This document shows positions 27,001 to 39,369 of a DNA stretch of 64,000 bases, piece after piece (within the stretch, counting starts at the first letter, position 1; each line of letters starts with the position of its first letter). The stretch comes from Callorhinchus milii (Eukaryota). The stretch is from the NCBI RefSeq assembly GCF_018977255.1, contig NW_024704743.1, positions 3,226,001 to 3,290,000 on the forward strand. The letters are read 5' to 3'. Both the position numbers and the translations under genes were made by a program. The notes under the pieces are model-generated. The model ran no database searches. It was not told where the DNA came from and saw only the letters and a list, made by a program, of their open reading frames with translations.

Positions 27001-30000
27001 TTATTCCGACGTGAAGAGACCTGGAATGCAAACAAAGGACTGTCAGATGGACTGATTTTCATGTGATTGATCTGTTCTTCAATAGGCAGCTCATGGAGCC
27101 TGACAGAAACTGCGGTGATGAAGTGCAGAGTTTGGTACAGGTCAGGAGATGGAGTTTTAATCAACAACAACAACAAATCACATTTGTGCAGCGCCTTTCA
27201 GGTTGGGAGGACGTCCCAAGGCGCTGGACAGTCAGGGATTTTGACCCGAGCAGGGGTTTGGTATCAGGAGGGGTAGAGGACAGGGAGGGTGGGGGTAGGA
27301 GGGTGACTGAAGGCACAGTTGAAGAGGACGGTCTTGAGACATGCCTTGAAGGAGGCAATGGAGGGAGCGAGGCGAAAGACTGATGGATGGAGTTCTAAAA
27401 GATGGGGACAGAGTGACTGAAGGCCCGACCGCCGATGGTGGGGCGGGTTGGGCGGGGGACGTGGAGCAGGCAGGAGCCTGCTGAGCGGAGGGAGCGGACA
27501 GGTGCATATGGAGTTAGCATATCACAGAGATAGGAAGAATATCAAGAGGTGTCAAGAGAGGTTTAGGCACTTCAACCCATTCAGTCTCATCTTCCCACAA
27601 TGGGGAGGACAAGTTTGCAGGGCTATGGGGAGAGAGAGCAGGGGAGTGGGATTGATTTGGATGGCTCTTTTCAAAGAGCTGGCATAGACATGACAGGCTG
27701 AATAGCCTCGTACCATACTGGGCTGCGGGCCTCAAGTCATCTAACCTGAATTTCCACCTCTCTTTGACATTTTTCTTCCTCAAATTACTGCATTTAAATG
27801 AGCAGTAATAGTTTAGCAGCTCAAGTGTTATTAAATGTTACGAGCCCTTTTGATAAAAATAATCCTTGCATTTGATATAGCACCTTATCACATTTTCGAG
27901 ATGTCTCAAAGCGCTTCGCAGAATATACTGTAAAGTGAATAGACTATATATTGTGTGGGTGTGAAACGCAGCAGCCAATTGCATACAGCAGTGTCCCACA
28001 AACAGTCGTGGATTGAGTGACCAAATTTTTTTGAAAAAATTTTTTTTCAAGGGATTATTACCGCCTGGAATGCGATCTGCCAACTAACAATAGGGTTACT
28101 ATTACTGCTAAGAGAGACGTGTGTGTGGAGTAAGGAAACTTGCCTACAGTTTCACTCTGCCTGGGCCGGGTCCTCTCGCTTGTCAGGCGAACGCTTCAAC
28201 ACTGGCGTCAATTGCGGTATTTACAGTGGCTGAGTGGGATTTATGCTCAAAGTCACGAGAGCTCACTCGAGGGAAGAGGAGGGAATAAGTGTGAGGTCCA
28301 CTCGCCTGAAGAAGCGACTGATGCCCTCAGCCAGGATCCTGAGCTGCCTTCGCTCCCGGGAGTCGGTCATGGAAAGCCTGACCCCGGCAGTGACCGCAAC
28401 GCTGACTGCAGTCCCCAGAAGCAGCTTCTTAACAAGGCCCCGTCGCCGAACATAGCTGTGTAAGGAAAAGTAGTCATAAGAACATAAGAGCATAAGAATT
28501 TGCTGGCGAAAGAAGACCAATGTCCATCTCACTCGCCTTCCACCATCCTGGCAGTCGCTTGACATGTCGTGTCCCAAACTATATACCTAATCCTCAGATA
28601 TTATTTTCTAGCAGAAATCTATCTAATTTGTTCTTGAAACAAACAACACGTTTTGCCTCCACCACCTGTCTCCCTCGGGAGCCTATTCCATACGTTTATT
28701 ATTCGCTCACTGAGGTAGTGTTTCCTGATTTGTTTTGAATTTACCCCCTTCAATCGCTGGTCGTGTCCTGTTCAGTGCAAAATAAAAACAGTTTATCATG
28801 GTCTACATTATCTAATCTCTTTAGAATCTTAAAGACTATAATCAGATCATCCCTCAACCTTCCCTTCTCCAACGTGAACATGATTTACATTTACACATCT
28901 CCTTTCATGTCGGCAGTACGTTTCAAAGCACTTAACACATTTGGCTGGGGACACGAGCTGGAGGGTGGGAGATCGAAGAGCTTGAGGAATGACTGAAACC
29001 ACGGTCAAAGCTTTGAAGATTGGGAAGGAGGGATTGAGCCAGAGGGTTTTGAGTTCCAGAGAGACATTGATCCAGGTGTGAGGTCTCCTTTCAGTTCGTT
29101 TAAATGGTTAAAATAAAATTGTTCCTCGGTATGGTGCAAATGCATTTATAGCCCAGGTACGGGATACTTTTGGATCTGACACACCAGCTTCCTGTGCAGC
29201 TTGCCCACCCCCTCCACCACCTCTCCTCTCAGGCCGCCGACACCCAAGTCCATGAATCCAGCTAGATTATGCCAACTCTCTGCTCTCTTCCCTTCACCAG
29301 CTGCAGACCATCCAGAGCTCTGCAACCCGTGCTCTTTCCTGTATTAGGCTCCGCGTGCCCTTCCTCACCCGGTTCCGCTGGCACCCCATCCCCAGCGGAT
29401 CGAGTTCAAGATACTCTTCCTAACCTTTAAATCCCTCTGTGGCCTCGCCACACCCGACCTCTGCGACCTCCGCAAACCATACCAATCCAGCCGCTCTCTC
29501 CATTCTGGGCACCGGCCTGCTTCACAAACCCCTGCCCCACCATCAGTGGGTGGGCTTTCAGCATACCCGTCAACCACGCTCTAGAACTTCATCCCTTCTA
29601 CTCCCTCACCTCTTCTCTTCCAAGGTCCGTAGCGGGCGGGCATGGTACATTGCTAGCAGCAACCTGATGACTGGCGACCACTTTGACATCAATCCTGTCA
29701 TCTGATTTTATGCAGCCAAACACCATGTTATAATGGGAGTCGGTATCACTGCGTATGAAGACTCCGACTGCATGATGGAGGAAGCCTTCAGTGAAGCTCA
29801 TACAATCACAATGGATCACACTAACTTGATCTCATCCTTCACCAACCAACCGACTATCCTCCCATTACACCCGTCCGTGGTAGTCAACCACTTTGGTTGG
29901 CCAACAAAATAAATGTTGCTCGATTGAATATTTCTTGATTCTTGGCATATATTAAGGAATATTGAACCAAGAAACATTGATTTTGCTGGCCAACCCAAAA

Positions 30001-30223
30001 AGGTTGTCCAACCACTATATTACAACATTGTTCTGAGTTCACCATCTCTGTCCCATGTGGTGAAGGAGTGTCAGACATGACCTCACCTCCAGGTGCTCAC
30101 ATTGAATTGCATCACGTACCTCATAGGCTGGGATCTAAACTGCCGACTGCAGATGATGGATGGAGCCGGGAGAGCCCGTCTCGGGCCCTGAAGCAATGCC
30201 CAGTGGCGTCCACACAGCCAAAC
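17777..30223 (-). CDS. ADCK5: ADCK5 (aarF/UbiB domain-containing kinase 5), exons 2-13
   Basis: Exons 30120-30223, 28306-28455, 26945-27020, 25009-25209, 23893-24033, 22737-22850, 21748-21879, 21187-21270, 20640-20721, 19351-19429, 18902-18993 and 17777-18035. UbiB motifs [41 protein letters not shown] and LLDHG are present. Exon 1 was not located. Confidence 0.96.
18310..18830. repeat. Minisatellite (~30-38 bp unit acagtgactctctcccacacacacacagtgactgta)
   Basis: Direct tandem copies with variable (CA)n. Confidence 0.9.
18902..18993 (-). CDS. ADCK5: ADCK5 exon 12
   Basis: [34 protein letters not shown]. Confidence 0.93.
19351..19429 (-). CDS. ADCK5: ADCK5 exon 11
   Basis: [29 protein letters not shown]. 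Confidence 0.95.
20640..20721 (-). CDS. ADCK5: ADCK5 exon 10
   Basis: [31 protein letters not shown]. Confidence 0.95.
21187..21270 (-). CDS. ADCK5: ADCK5 exon 9
   Basis: [32 protein letters not shown]. Confidence 0.94.
21748..21879 (-). CDS. ADCK5: ADCK5 exon 8
   Basis: [48 protein letters not shown]. Confidence 0.95.
22737..22850 (-). CDS. ADCK5: ADCK5 exon 7
   Basis: [42 protein letters not shown]. Confidence 0.95.
23893..24033 (-). CDS. ADCK5: ADCK5 exon 6
   Basis: [51 protein letters not shown]. Confidence 0.95.
24480..24935 (+). mobile_element. CR1 LINE 3' fragment
   Basis: …gagcagagaaggttaaggagagatttaatagagg… and tail ttctatgattcta. Confidence 0.85.
25009..25209 (-). CDS. ADCK5: ADCK5 exon 5
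   Basis: [49 protein letters not shown]…RRMEQE; AG/GT. Confidence 0.95.
26495..26704. mobile_element. Penelope-like-element-derived palindromic repeat nested in a SINE
   Basis: Inverted arms (agaagtcgctgggaacactcagcag… / …ctgctgagtgttcccagcgacttct), a degenerate hammerhead core on the minus strand, and a flanking ttattatttattt direct repeat. Confidence 0.65.
26945..27020 (-). CDS. ADCK5: ADCK5 exon 4
   Basis: [29 protein letters not shown]. Confidence 0.93.
28306..28455 (-). CDS. ADCK5: ADCK5 exon 3 (GC donor)
   Basis: [49 protein letters not shown]; donor AG|GCGAGT. Confidence 0.88.
29877..30015. mobile_element. Palindromic MITE-like element (hAT-like ends)
   Basis: About 64-bp imperfect inverted arms with an ~11-nt spacer; ends resemble CAGTGGTNGNCAACC. 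Confidence 0.55.
30120..30223 (-). CDS. ADCK5: ADCK5 exon 2
   Basis: cctag|[34 protein letters not shown]|gtacgt; 104 nt, phase fits exon 3; basic, acid-free sequence like a mitochondrial presequence. Confidence 0.8.
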
Positions 30224-31154
30224 CTAGGAAACAAAACGGTTAAAATGTCAAGCTGCTAGTGTTATCTATAACCTACAATCATCACATCTCAAAATGCCAC
30301 TCACAATGAGTTACTCTGAGGTGTAGTGACCGTTATGTGGGCAAGTGCGGCTAAACTGCTCCCGCCCCTAGCCCGATGCCCATCCAGGTCTGCTAGTGGT
30401 ATTGCGTTGAATAGACAGAGATGAACGAATGATTAATTTTGGAGATGATGAATGTGGCAAGATATCAGTCATGATATCAGGGCCGGGGGATATTTAACCT
30501 GAACCACTGTAACAGATAATTATTTGGGGAGAACAAGTATGCAGGGCTATGGAGAGAGAGCGGGGGAGTGGGATTGATTTGGGTAGCTCTTTTCAAAGAG
30601 ACAGGATGAGCCGAATGGCCTCCTTCTGTGCTGTATAATTATCATTATTATAATTCTATGATTCTATGAACAGGGAGGATGGGAACGGAGTTTGACTTCT
30701 CATTCAAAAGGACAGTGTCTCCAACAATGCAGCTCTCTCAGTTTGGTTTGCATACTCATCAGCACGCTGATGGGCTTCCACTTGTGTCGGACACCCACCT
30801 GGCTGACCCCCACCCAAAATCTAAAAACTTAGGAGGCCAAGGAAGGAAAGATACATCGAGGTTAACAATCTGTGCGCTTGTTTGCATTTGGCCAAGTCCT
30901 TCAGCTAAAGAGGAAGGTCAGGCCCAATACCAGGCAACATGTCAAGGCAAAGCCGTTGCCTCTTTGTGAGAAGCCTCTCTGGCACTGACAGAGGTTGATC
31001 GCTGAGGCTATTTATAAATGCAGCAGCTGATCAAAAACTGTCATGGCCAAGACCTGGTAACCTCAGTGTGTAGGGGGCATCCACACAGTTGTACAGGGTG
31101 TCCTCTTACCCCGTAACAAAACAGCGATACGAGTCTATAGAGGAGCTGAAACAA

Positions 31155-31550
31155 CAATAATAATCCTTGCATTTGATATAGCGCCTTACTTATCACGTAC
31201 TCGAGATGTCTCAAAGCGCTTCACAGAACAAACTGTAAGGTGAATCGACTGTATACTCTGAGGACGAAACTAGGCAGTTAATTGTGCACAGCGGTCGTGG
31301 TTTGAGTACCAAATTATTATTAAATAATGATTATTATTATTTATTTATTAATATCCTTGAAGGGATCATATTACTCCCGGAAAAGCGATCTGCCGATCGA
31401 TTTAACAACCAAGTTCCTACTTACTGCTAGGTAAACAAGAGGCGTGTGGAATAAGGAAACTGGCCGAAGGTTTTGTCTTGCCCGGGAATTGAATCCTGGT
31501 CCTCTCGCTTGCGAGACGAGCGCTCTAACCACCAGGCTACGGGACTCCAC
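31155..31550 (-). mobile_element. tRNA-derived SINE
   Basis: Same family consensus, reverse strand. Confidence 0.85.
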
Positions 31551-32069
31551 AACAACTGACATCCCTAATACCCACCTCAAGTCCAGCAGTAATGGGACAG
31601 CTAGCGCAGAGGACATTAAGCAGGCCAGTGTTTGCCGAGCGGTGGGAGCGGTTGGGTCGGTAGGGGTCCAGGAGATCACAGGGGCAGGGTAAAAATATTC
31701 GAGACAGGATCTTGAATTCGATCCACTGGAGAATGGGAAGCAAGAGAAGCCGAGCGAAAAAGGGGATGATAGGCCGACAGAGCATCGGAAAAATACACGT
31801 TGCAAACAAAGCAAGCAAGAGTAAAGGTAAGTAAGTAGAAACCTGGTTGTTAGTTGACTGGTGGATCGCTCTCCGGGGGTAATAATCCCTCCCCAAAAAA
31901 ATACGATCACTCAATCCACGGCTGTGTGTTGGCCACCGCTGCGCGGAATTGGCTACCCGTGTTTCACCCACACAGTCAATTCACTGCATAGTGTGAAGTG
32001 CTTTGAGGCGCCTTAACAACATGATAAGCCGCTAGATCAAATGCAAGGATTATTGTTATTATTATTCGG

Positions 32070-32855
32070 GGAAGTTTAATGTGGAGGAATGCAATTTGGG
32101 AGGAAGAATGATGGAAAGGTAATATAAGCTGATGGTGGAGTCTTGAAGGGGGTGAAGTAACAGAGAGACCTGGGGGTTCACATAAGTAAATCTTTGAAGG
32201 TGGTCGGACAGGTAGATAAAGTCGTTAAAAAAGCATATGAGATTCTAAGCTTTATAAATAGGGGCATAGAATACAAAAGTCAGGAAGTTATGATGAATCT
32301 TTATAAAACACTGGTGTTCAGTTCTGGGCGCCACACTTTAGGAAGGATGTCAAGGCATTGGAGAGGGTGCAAAGGAGATTGATACCAGGAATGAGGGAGT
32401 TCGGTTATGAGGAGAGGCGAGAGAAGCCGGGATTATTCTTCTTGGAGCAGAGAAGGTTAAGAGGAGAATTAAAAATTAAGCTTTCAAAATTAAGAGGGGA
32501 TTCGATGGGGTGAACGAGGAGAAACTATTCCCACTGGCGGGTGGGTCGGTAAAACCCGGGGACACCGATTTAAAATGGTTGTTAAAAGAAACAGAGGGGA
32601 GGTGAGGAGAACTTTTTTTTCCACACAGCTGTGGAGTTGTTTGGATCTGGAATGCATTGCCTGGAAGGGTAGTGGGATTCGATAACAACTTTTAAAAGAG
32701 TAGATAATTATTTGGGGAGGACAAGTTTGCGGGGCTGTGGGGAGAGAGCGCGGGGGCGTGGGATTGATTTGGGTAGCTCTTTTCGAAGAATTGGCACAGA
32801 CGCACGATGGGCCGAATGGCCTCCTTCTGTGCTGTATAATTCTATGATTCTAAGT
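32070..32855 (+). mobile_element. CR1 LINE 3' fragment
   Basis: Peptide QVDKVVKKAYEILSFINRGIEYKSQEVMMNLYKTLV plus CR1 tail. Confidence 0.87.
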
Positions 32856-34564
32856 GCATTCATAGCACCCCGTGAACCTGTGAGGTTAGAGCCTGAGATC
32901 AGCCATAGCCCCTCTCCCCCCGGGAGTGGGAGCTTCCTTCACCTTCACCATCAGAACATAATGTTCAGAGTGAAACATTCAATGACAAGCTTAAATCAGA
33001 CAATATTTACACAGGACGTCTCAAAGATCAACAAAACACAGCACTGGAGTCTAGGAATAATAATAATAACAATCTGCATTTATTGTGGAACCTTTCATGT
33101 CAGGAGGATGTATGTCTATAAGATCTTTGCTTGATCTACTGTAACGTGTGGTGACCTTTCATTTTGTAGGCGGACGTCACAGACAATCTGCAATGTCCCA
33201 CAAACAGCCATGAAGCGAGTAATTTTGTCTGGGAAATTGTTGGCCAGGACACCAGGAGATAATAACTTCCTTCTCTTTTCCAATAGTGCAACAGGATCTT
33301 TAACATCCTCCTAACCAGACAGACAGGACCTCGGTTTAAAGTCTCACCTGGACAATGATGCATTTAGAACATGTCTACTCTCCCTGGAGCGGCTTGCCTG
33401 GTTTACCTCAATCTCCCCTTATCCCCTTCATAGCTGCATAACTATCGAATATCCTCCACTATTTTCCATCTCCTCTCCATCTATCCAGGCTGACACGCCA
33501 GTGCGAAGCTCCCCCAGCGCCGTATTGGAGTACCAGTCTAGACAGATGAAGATGAGATAATAATACTAACACTTGCATTTGATATAGCGTCTTATCACAT
33601 CTTTGAGACGTTTCAAAGCCCTCACAGAATATATATACTGTAAAGTGAATTGACTGTGTATCTTGTGGGCCAAACGCGGCAGCCAATTGCGCACAGCAGC
33701 GTCCCGCAAACACTCGTGGATTGAGTGACCAAATTATTATGATTATTATTTTTGAAGGGGTTATTACACCCGGAAAAGTGATCCGCCAATCGACTAACAA
33801 CCGGGTTTCTACTGACTGCTATCAATCCGCAGGCTAACCTACACTGGCAGGTTACAAGCTGACTAACAAACCTAGTTCAGGGTTTCCTTCTCGCTTTTGG
33901 AGGAACCTATTCCACGGAAACACTTGAGTAGCATAGGGTTCGGAACACTTGCCTCGCAAGTGAAGGGATCTGACTCCGTTCCCGGACGGGGTGAAATCTG
34001 AGACGAATTTCCTTACTCCACGTGCCTCCGTTTACCCAGCAGTGAGTAGGAACCCGTTTGTTCGTCAATTGGCTGATCGCTTTGCGGGGGTAATCCACCA
34101 AAAAAAGAAAGTAAAAATAATAATTTGGTCACTCAATCCACGACGGTTTGTGGGACACTGCTGCGCGCAATGGGCTGCCGTATTTTGTCCTCAAAATATA
34201 CAGTCAAATCATTTTTATTGTATATTCTGTGAAACGCTTTGAGACATCTATATCAAATGAAAGGATTATTATTATTATTATTATTATTATACAATACAAA
34301 ATTACATTTGTAAAGCACCTTTCATGTTAGGAGGACATCCCAAGGCACTGTTACGTTTCAATGTGATACGGTGCTGTGTCAAAAGCAAGAGTTATAAAAG
34401 TGGGAAATCGGGAACAAGATATGCTCAAAGATTCCTCATTCACAAGAACACAAGAGAGGTGAAGAACGATCAAGTTTTTCTTTTTTTTTGGAGGGATTAT
34501 TACCCCGGGAAAGCGATCCGCCAGTTGGCTAACAACCGGGTCCTCATTTACTGCCGGGTAAACA

Positions 34565-34902
34565 GAGATAATAATAATAATAATAATAATCCTTGCATTT
34601 GATATAGCGCTTTTCACGTCGGGAGGACGTCCCAAAGCGCTTCACAGAACACACTGTAAAGTGAATTGACTGTATATTTGTGGGCGAACGCGGCAGCCAA
34701 TTGCGCACAGCAATGTCCCACAAACAGTCGTAGATTGAAAATGACCAATTTATTATTGTTTTTGGTTTTTGGAGGGATTATTATTAGGCTCTGTGTGGAG
34801 TAAGGAAACTTGCCCAAGGTTTCGCCCCACCCGGGAATTGAACCCGGGTCCTCTCGCTTACGAGGCGACCGCGCTCACGAGCAAACTAAAGGACGGACTC
34901 CA
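34565..34902 (-). mobile_element. SINE, internally deleted young subfamily
   Basis: Near-identical to 6610-6932 and 61862-62152. Confidence 0.85.
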
Positions 34903-37243
34903 CTTAAACTCTCCTCTGAGACGCAGTCATTTTCCACCTGCCACGTAGGTTGCAGAGCACAGAAGGAGACTTTCTTTCTGTCTCTTGTGAGGACTGTAAT
35001 GCAAGATGGCACTCGGCGGTTAATGTTTGAGGAAATGTTACCGTCGGCTTAGAATGATTGACTGGTGACCTTGGAGGGAGACGAGCTCAACGCTGACTTT
35101 CGACAGATCGGTTCTATTTTCATTTCGGGAGTTAACCTCCTAAACAGAACATCCAGTTAAATCAACAACACACTATCAGCTTGAAAGGGTTCTAACCCAG
35201 ATAAATGGCCTCGAAATTATATAATCCTTCCATTTGATATAGCGCTTTTCACGTCTTCGAGACATCAGGAACAAACTGTAAAGTGAACTGACTGTATATT
35301 TGTGGGAACAACACAGCAGCAGTGTCCCACAAACAGCCGTGGATTGAAGTGACCAATTTTGTTATCGTTTTGTTTTCTTGAGGGATTATTATCAGGCGTG
35401 TGGAAGTAAGGAAACTCGCCAAGGTTTTGCCCTGCCGGGAATCGAACCCGGGTCTCTCGCTTGCGAGGCGAGTGCTCTAACCAGTGTGGTGGATTCCACG
35501 TCCGTTAAGCCTCGAAAAAACACGAGCGAGCTGGGCGTTCGCAGAACCTCAACAGGCAAACATAAATCAAAGGCAAGATTTGATTGTAAATTGCATATCG
35601 GAAGCTCTAACTCCAATTCAAACTCCCTGATTTAAAATAATTTTGGGGTTGTAGGAGATTGGGGGGGGGGGGGGGGGGGCTCATGTGGAGAAGGGGAACA
35701 TTTTATGGGCCGAAAGGCCCCGTGATCCTATCAACCCCACCCTCGCTCAGCTCCACTAGCTCCTCATCCCCCAGAGGATAGACTTCAAAATCCTGGTCCT
35801 GGTCTTCAAGGCTCTCCTCGGCCTTGCTCCTTCCTACCCGTGAGACCTGCTAACCCCATATCAACTTGTTTGCTCCCTCTGCTCAGCGGGCTCTGGCTTG
35901 CTCCATGTCCCACCATTGGCGGTCAAGCCTTCAGCCTTTCTGCCCCCACCCTTTGGATCTCCATCCTACAGTCCCTTTGCCTGGCTCCCTCCCTTGCCTC
36001 ATTCAAGGACCGTCTCAAGACCATCATCTTCGGTCACCCCCCTACACCCACCCTCTGTGCCTTCCACCCCTCGGGACTCCCAGCTTGGGTGCAAATCCTA
36101 GACTGTCCTGTGCCTTGGGATGTCCTCCCGACATGAATGGCATTGTGTAAATGGAGTTTGTTGGGTTTTTTTCTTGCTGTAACGCAGAGCAACGAGAGGT
36201 AGCTCTGGTATAGCTCTGGCTCGTGCAGGCTGCGGGTGGAGTGTCAAATGTATTCAAAAGGACAACCCTGATCCAATGATCTTACCTTAGTAAGCAGAAT
36301 AGACTCTAAAGTAGGCAATTCAGTTCTACCCGGGCTCCACTGGGTTCCTATCACCGAAACGATCGATTTCAGGATCCACACACCCGTATTCAAATCCCGT
36401 CGTGTCCTGGCACCTCCCCACCTCTCCGACCTGCGTACGCCCCAAACCACTGTCCGCTGCCTATGCTCAACAGGCTCCAGTGTCTACTGATGTTTACATT
36501 GGTAGATGCCACGTTCCTGATGCATTTCTGGACAAATTTGCCAGTAATATTTGGTGGTGGTGCCAGAATAATTCAGTCCATTCAGTTTGGGAGGACGGAT
36601 ACATCAGAGCATTGAAAGAAACAAATGGGGCTCTATATGAAGATCCATTACTTTTAGCTTTAGCTCTTATATCTAACAAACACGTAATTTTATGACTGTT
36701 GCTAAATACAGTTGACATTTATGCCATTGATAATGTTAATACATAATAAAAGTGCTATACACTGAACTTGGGGTTTTTCTTCAAACTTTGACGTGTGAAC
36801 AACGTCACCGTCATACTGTTGATCAGTTAATTAACTATTAAACAGCAGAGAATATCTGACAAAAGCATAGAAGACGTATGGACTTTGACATTAAGCAACG
36901 TTAGTGTGACATTTACCTAACCCTACCCCCGTCTTTGTTTTACGGCAAAAAAAAAACATAGGAACTGACAAAATTCCACGTCCAATATTGCAAGCCCGTA
37001 CGTGCTAACTGGTCCCAACTAACATTCAACGCACTTTTCTGGATTAAAATCCACCTACAAACCTTTTGGGTCAGACCCAACAATACCCCACACCGCGCCC
37101 CAGCTCTTGATCTATGAGTTCAGAGTCAAATACAGGGCTTGAACCATCAACCTTATGATTCAGGCGGGAGCCCTACACCTGAGCCAAGCTGACCGCCCCC
37201 CACCCCACTCCTTGCAGTAGTAGCCCGCAGCCCTTCTCGCAGG

Positions 37244-37986
37244 GGCCAGGTGGCCCCCCCCCTCCCTGGCGGCCAGGTGGCCCCCCCCTCCCTGGCGGCC
37301 AGGTGGCCCCCCCCTCCCTGGCGGCCAGGTGGCCCCCCCCCTCCCTGGCGGCCAGGTGGCCCCCCCTCCTCCCTCGCAGCCAGGTGCCCCCCCCTGGCGG
37401 CCAGGTGCCCCCCCCCTCCCTGGCGGCCAGGTGGCCCCCCCTCCCTGGCGGCCAGGTGGCCCCCCCCTCCCTGGCGGCCAGGTGGCCCCCCCCCTCCCTG
37501 GCGGCCAGGTGGCCCCCCCCTCCCTGGCGGCCAGGTGGCCCCCCCTCCCTGGCGGCCAGGTGGCCCCCCCCTCCCTGGCGGCCAGGTGGCCCCCCCCCTC
37601 CCTGGCGGCCAGGTGGCCCCCCCCTCCCTGGCGGCCAGGTGGCCCCCCCCTCCCTGGCGGCCAGGTGGCCCCCCCCTCCTGGCGGCCAGGTGGCCCCCCC
37701 CCTCCCTGGCGGCCAGGTGGCCCCCCCCCTCCCCTCGCGGCCAGGTGGCGCCCCCCCTCCCTGCGGCCAGGTGGCCCCCCCTCCTCCCTCGCGGCCAGGT
37801 GGCCCCCCCCTCCCTGGCGGCCAGGTGGCGCCCCCCCTCCCTCGCGGCCAGGTGGCCCCCCCCTCCCTCGCGGCCAGGTGGCCCCCCCTCCCTGGCGGCC
37901 AGGTGGCCCCCCCCCCCTGGCGGCCAGGTGGCCCCCCCTCCCTGGCGGCCAGGTGGCGCCCCCCCCTCCCTGGCGGCCAGGTGGCC
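37244..37986. repeat. GC-rich minisatellite (~25-26 bp unit ggccaggtggcccccccctccctggc), roughly 29 copies, runs into gap
   Basis: Direct tandem copies differing mainly in C-run length. Confidence 0.95.
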
Positions 37987-38011
37987 NNNNNNNNNNNNNN
38001 NNNNNNNNNNN
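37987..38011. other. Assembly gap (25 N)
   Basis: Run of N. Confidence 1.
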
Positions 38012-38582
38012 CCCCCTCCCCCCCCCCACCCATTCTCCCCCCCCCTTCCCCCCCCCCCCCCCCCCACTCCCCCCCACCCCCCCCCCCCCCCTCCCCCCCC
38101 CCACTTCCCCCCACCCCCCTCCCCCCCACACACCCCCCCCCCCCCCACACCCTCCCCCCCCACACACACACTCACACACACTTCTCCTCCCCCCCCACAC
38201 ACACACACTTCTCCTCCCCCCACACACACACTTCTCCTCCCCCCCCACACACACACTTCTCCTCCCCCCCACACACACACTTCTCCCCCCCCCACACACA
38301 CACTTCTCCTCCCCCCCCCCCCCACACACACACACTTCTCCTCCCCCCCCCACACACACACACTTCTCCTCCCCCCCCACACACACACACTTCTCCTCCC
38401 CCCCCACACACACACACTTCTCCCCCCCCCACACACACACTTCTCCTCCCCCCCCCCCCACACACACACACTTCTCCTCCCCCCCCCCCATACACACACT
38501 TCTCCTCCCCCCCCACACACACACACTTCTCCTCCCCCCCCACACACACACACATTTCTCCTCCCCCCACACACACACACAC
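38012..38582. repeat. Poly-C tract and minisatellite (cacacacacttctcctcccccccc)n
   Basis: Low-complexity tandem copies. Confidence 0.95.
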
Positions 38583-39369
38583 TCCACCCTCCCCAGCATC
38601 CACTCCCTTCCCCGTTCATGTCAGGTGGATGTCCCATAGTGCTGGACAGTCAGGGATTGCACCGAAGCTGGTGGTTGGGATCAGGAGGGGTGGAGGGTGG
38701 GGAGCGGTAGGAGGGTAACTGAAGGCACAGTCGAAGAGAAGGATCTTGAGGCACACACACCCCACCCCCCTCAAACACCTCCCTGTACTCCTCCACCATA
38801 CACTCCCCCACACCCTCAAACAAGCCTCCCACAATATAGTCTCCCTTCCCCCTTTCTCTCCCCCTAAAAACACCCACACTCCCCCCCTCGGTCTTGCCTC
38901 CACCTCCCCTGTTGTGTGGGTTGTGTGTTTCAGTGGCGTGCCTGCTTGACAGTATGAAATGTGGTTGAGGCTGTAGATGTTCTTCATACATATTTGTGTG
39001 CATCAATCACTAATATTTTTTTTCATTAACAGATGCTGGAGCCTTTGGGAAGTCCCACAACATTCCAGATGATGCTGGTAGGCCTTATTTGACGCTTTAG
39101 TCTTTCCTACATGAGAGAGAAGGGCGGGGAGAGTGTGGCACAGAGAAAGAGGGGAGAGCAGCACAGAGACAGGAAAAGGGACAAAATTAAGCAATTTACG
39201 CCTTAAAATTGATTTGAATGAAATGTTTGGTGTTATGGAGACCAATTCAGCGGCTAGACCATGCCCATGATGTCCCGAAGGAAGCGAGGAGATGAGTACC
39301 CAATCAATGTGAATTTTGATGTAGTGGGCAATGTAGGCCAGGATAACCTGGAGGACAACACCGAAAATC

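Noticed and set aside
37244..37986. CRISPR-like regular repeat
   Set aside because: No unique spacers, eukaryotic context, and the units are directly tandem.
37153..38718. Six long Gly/Pro-rich ORFs (332-494 aa)
   Set aside because: They are stop-free translations of two minisatellites and a poly-C tract spanning an N-gap, open in all frames.
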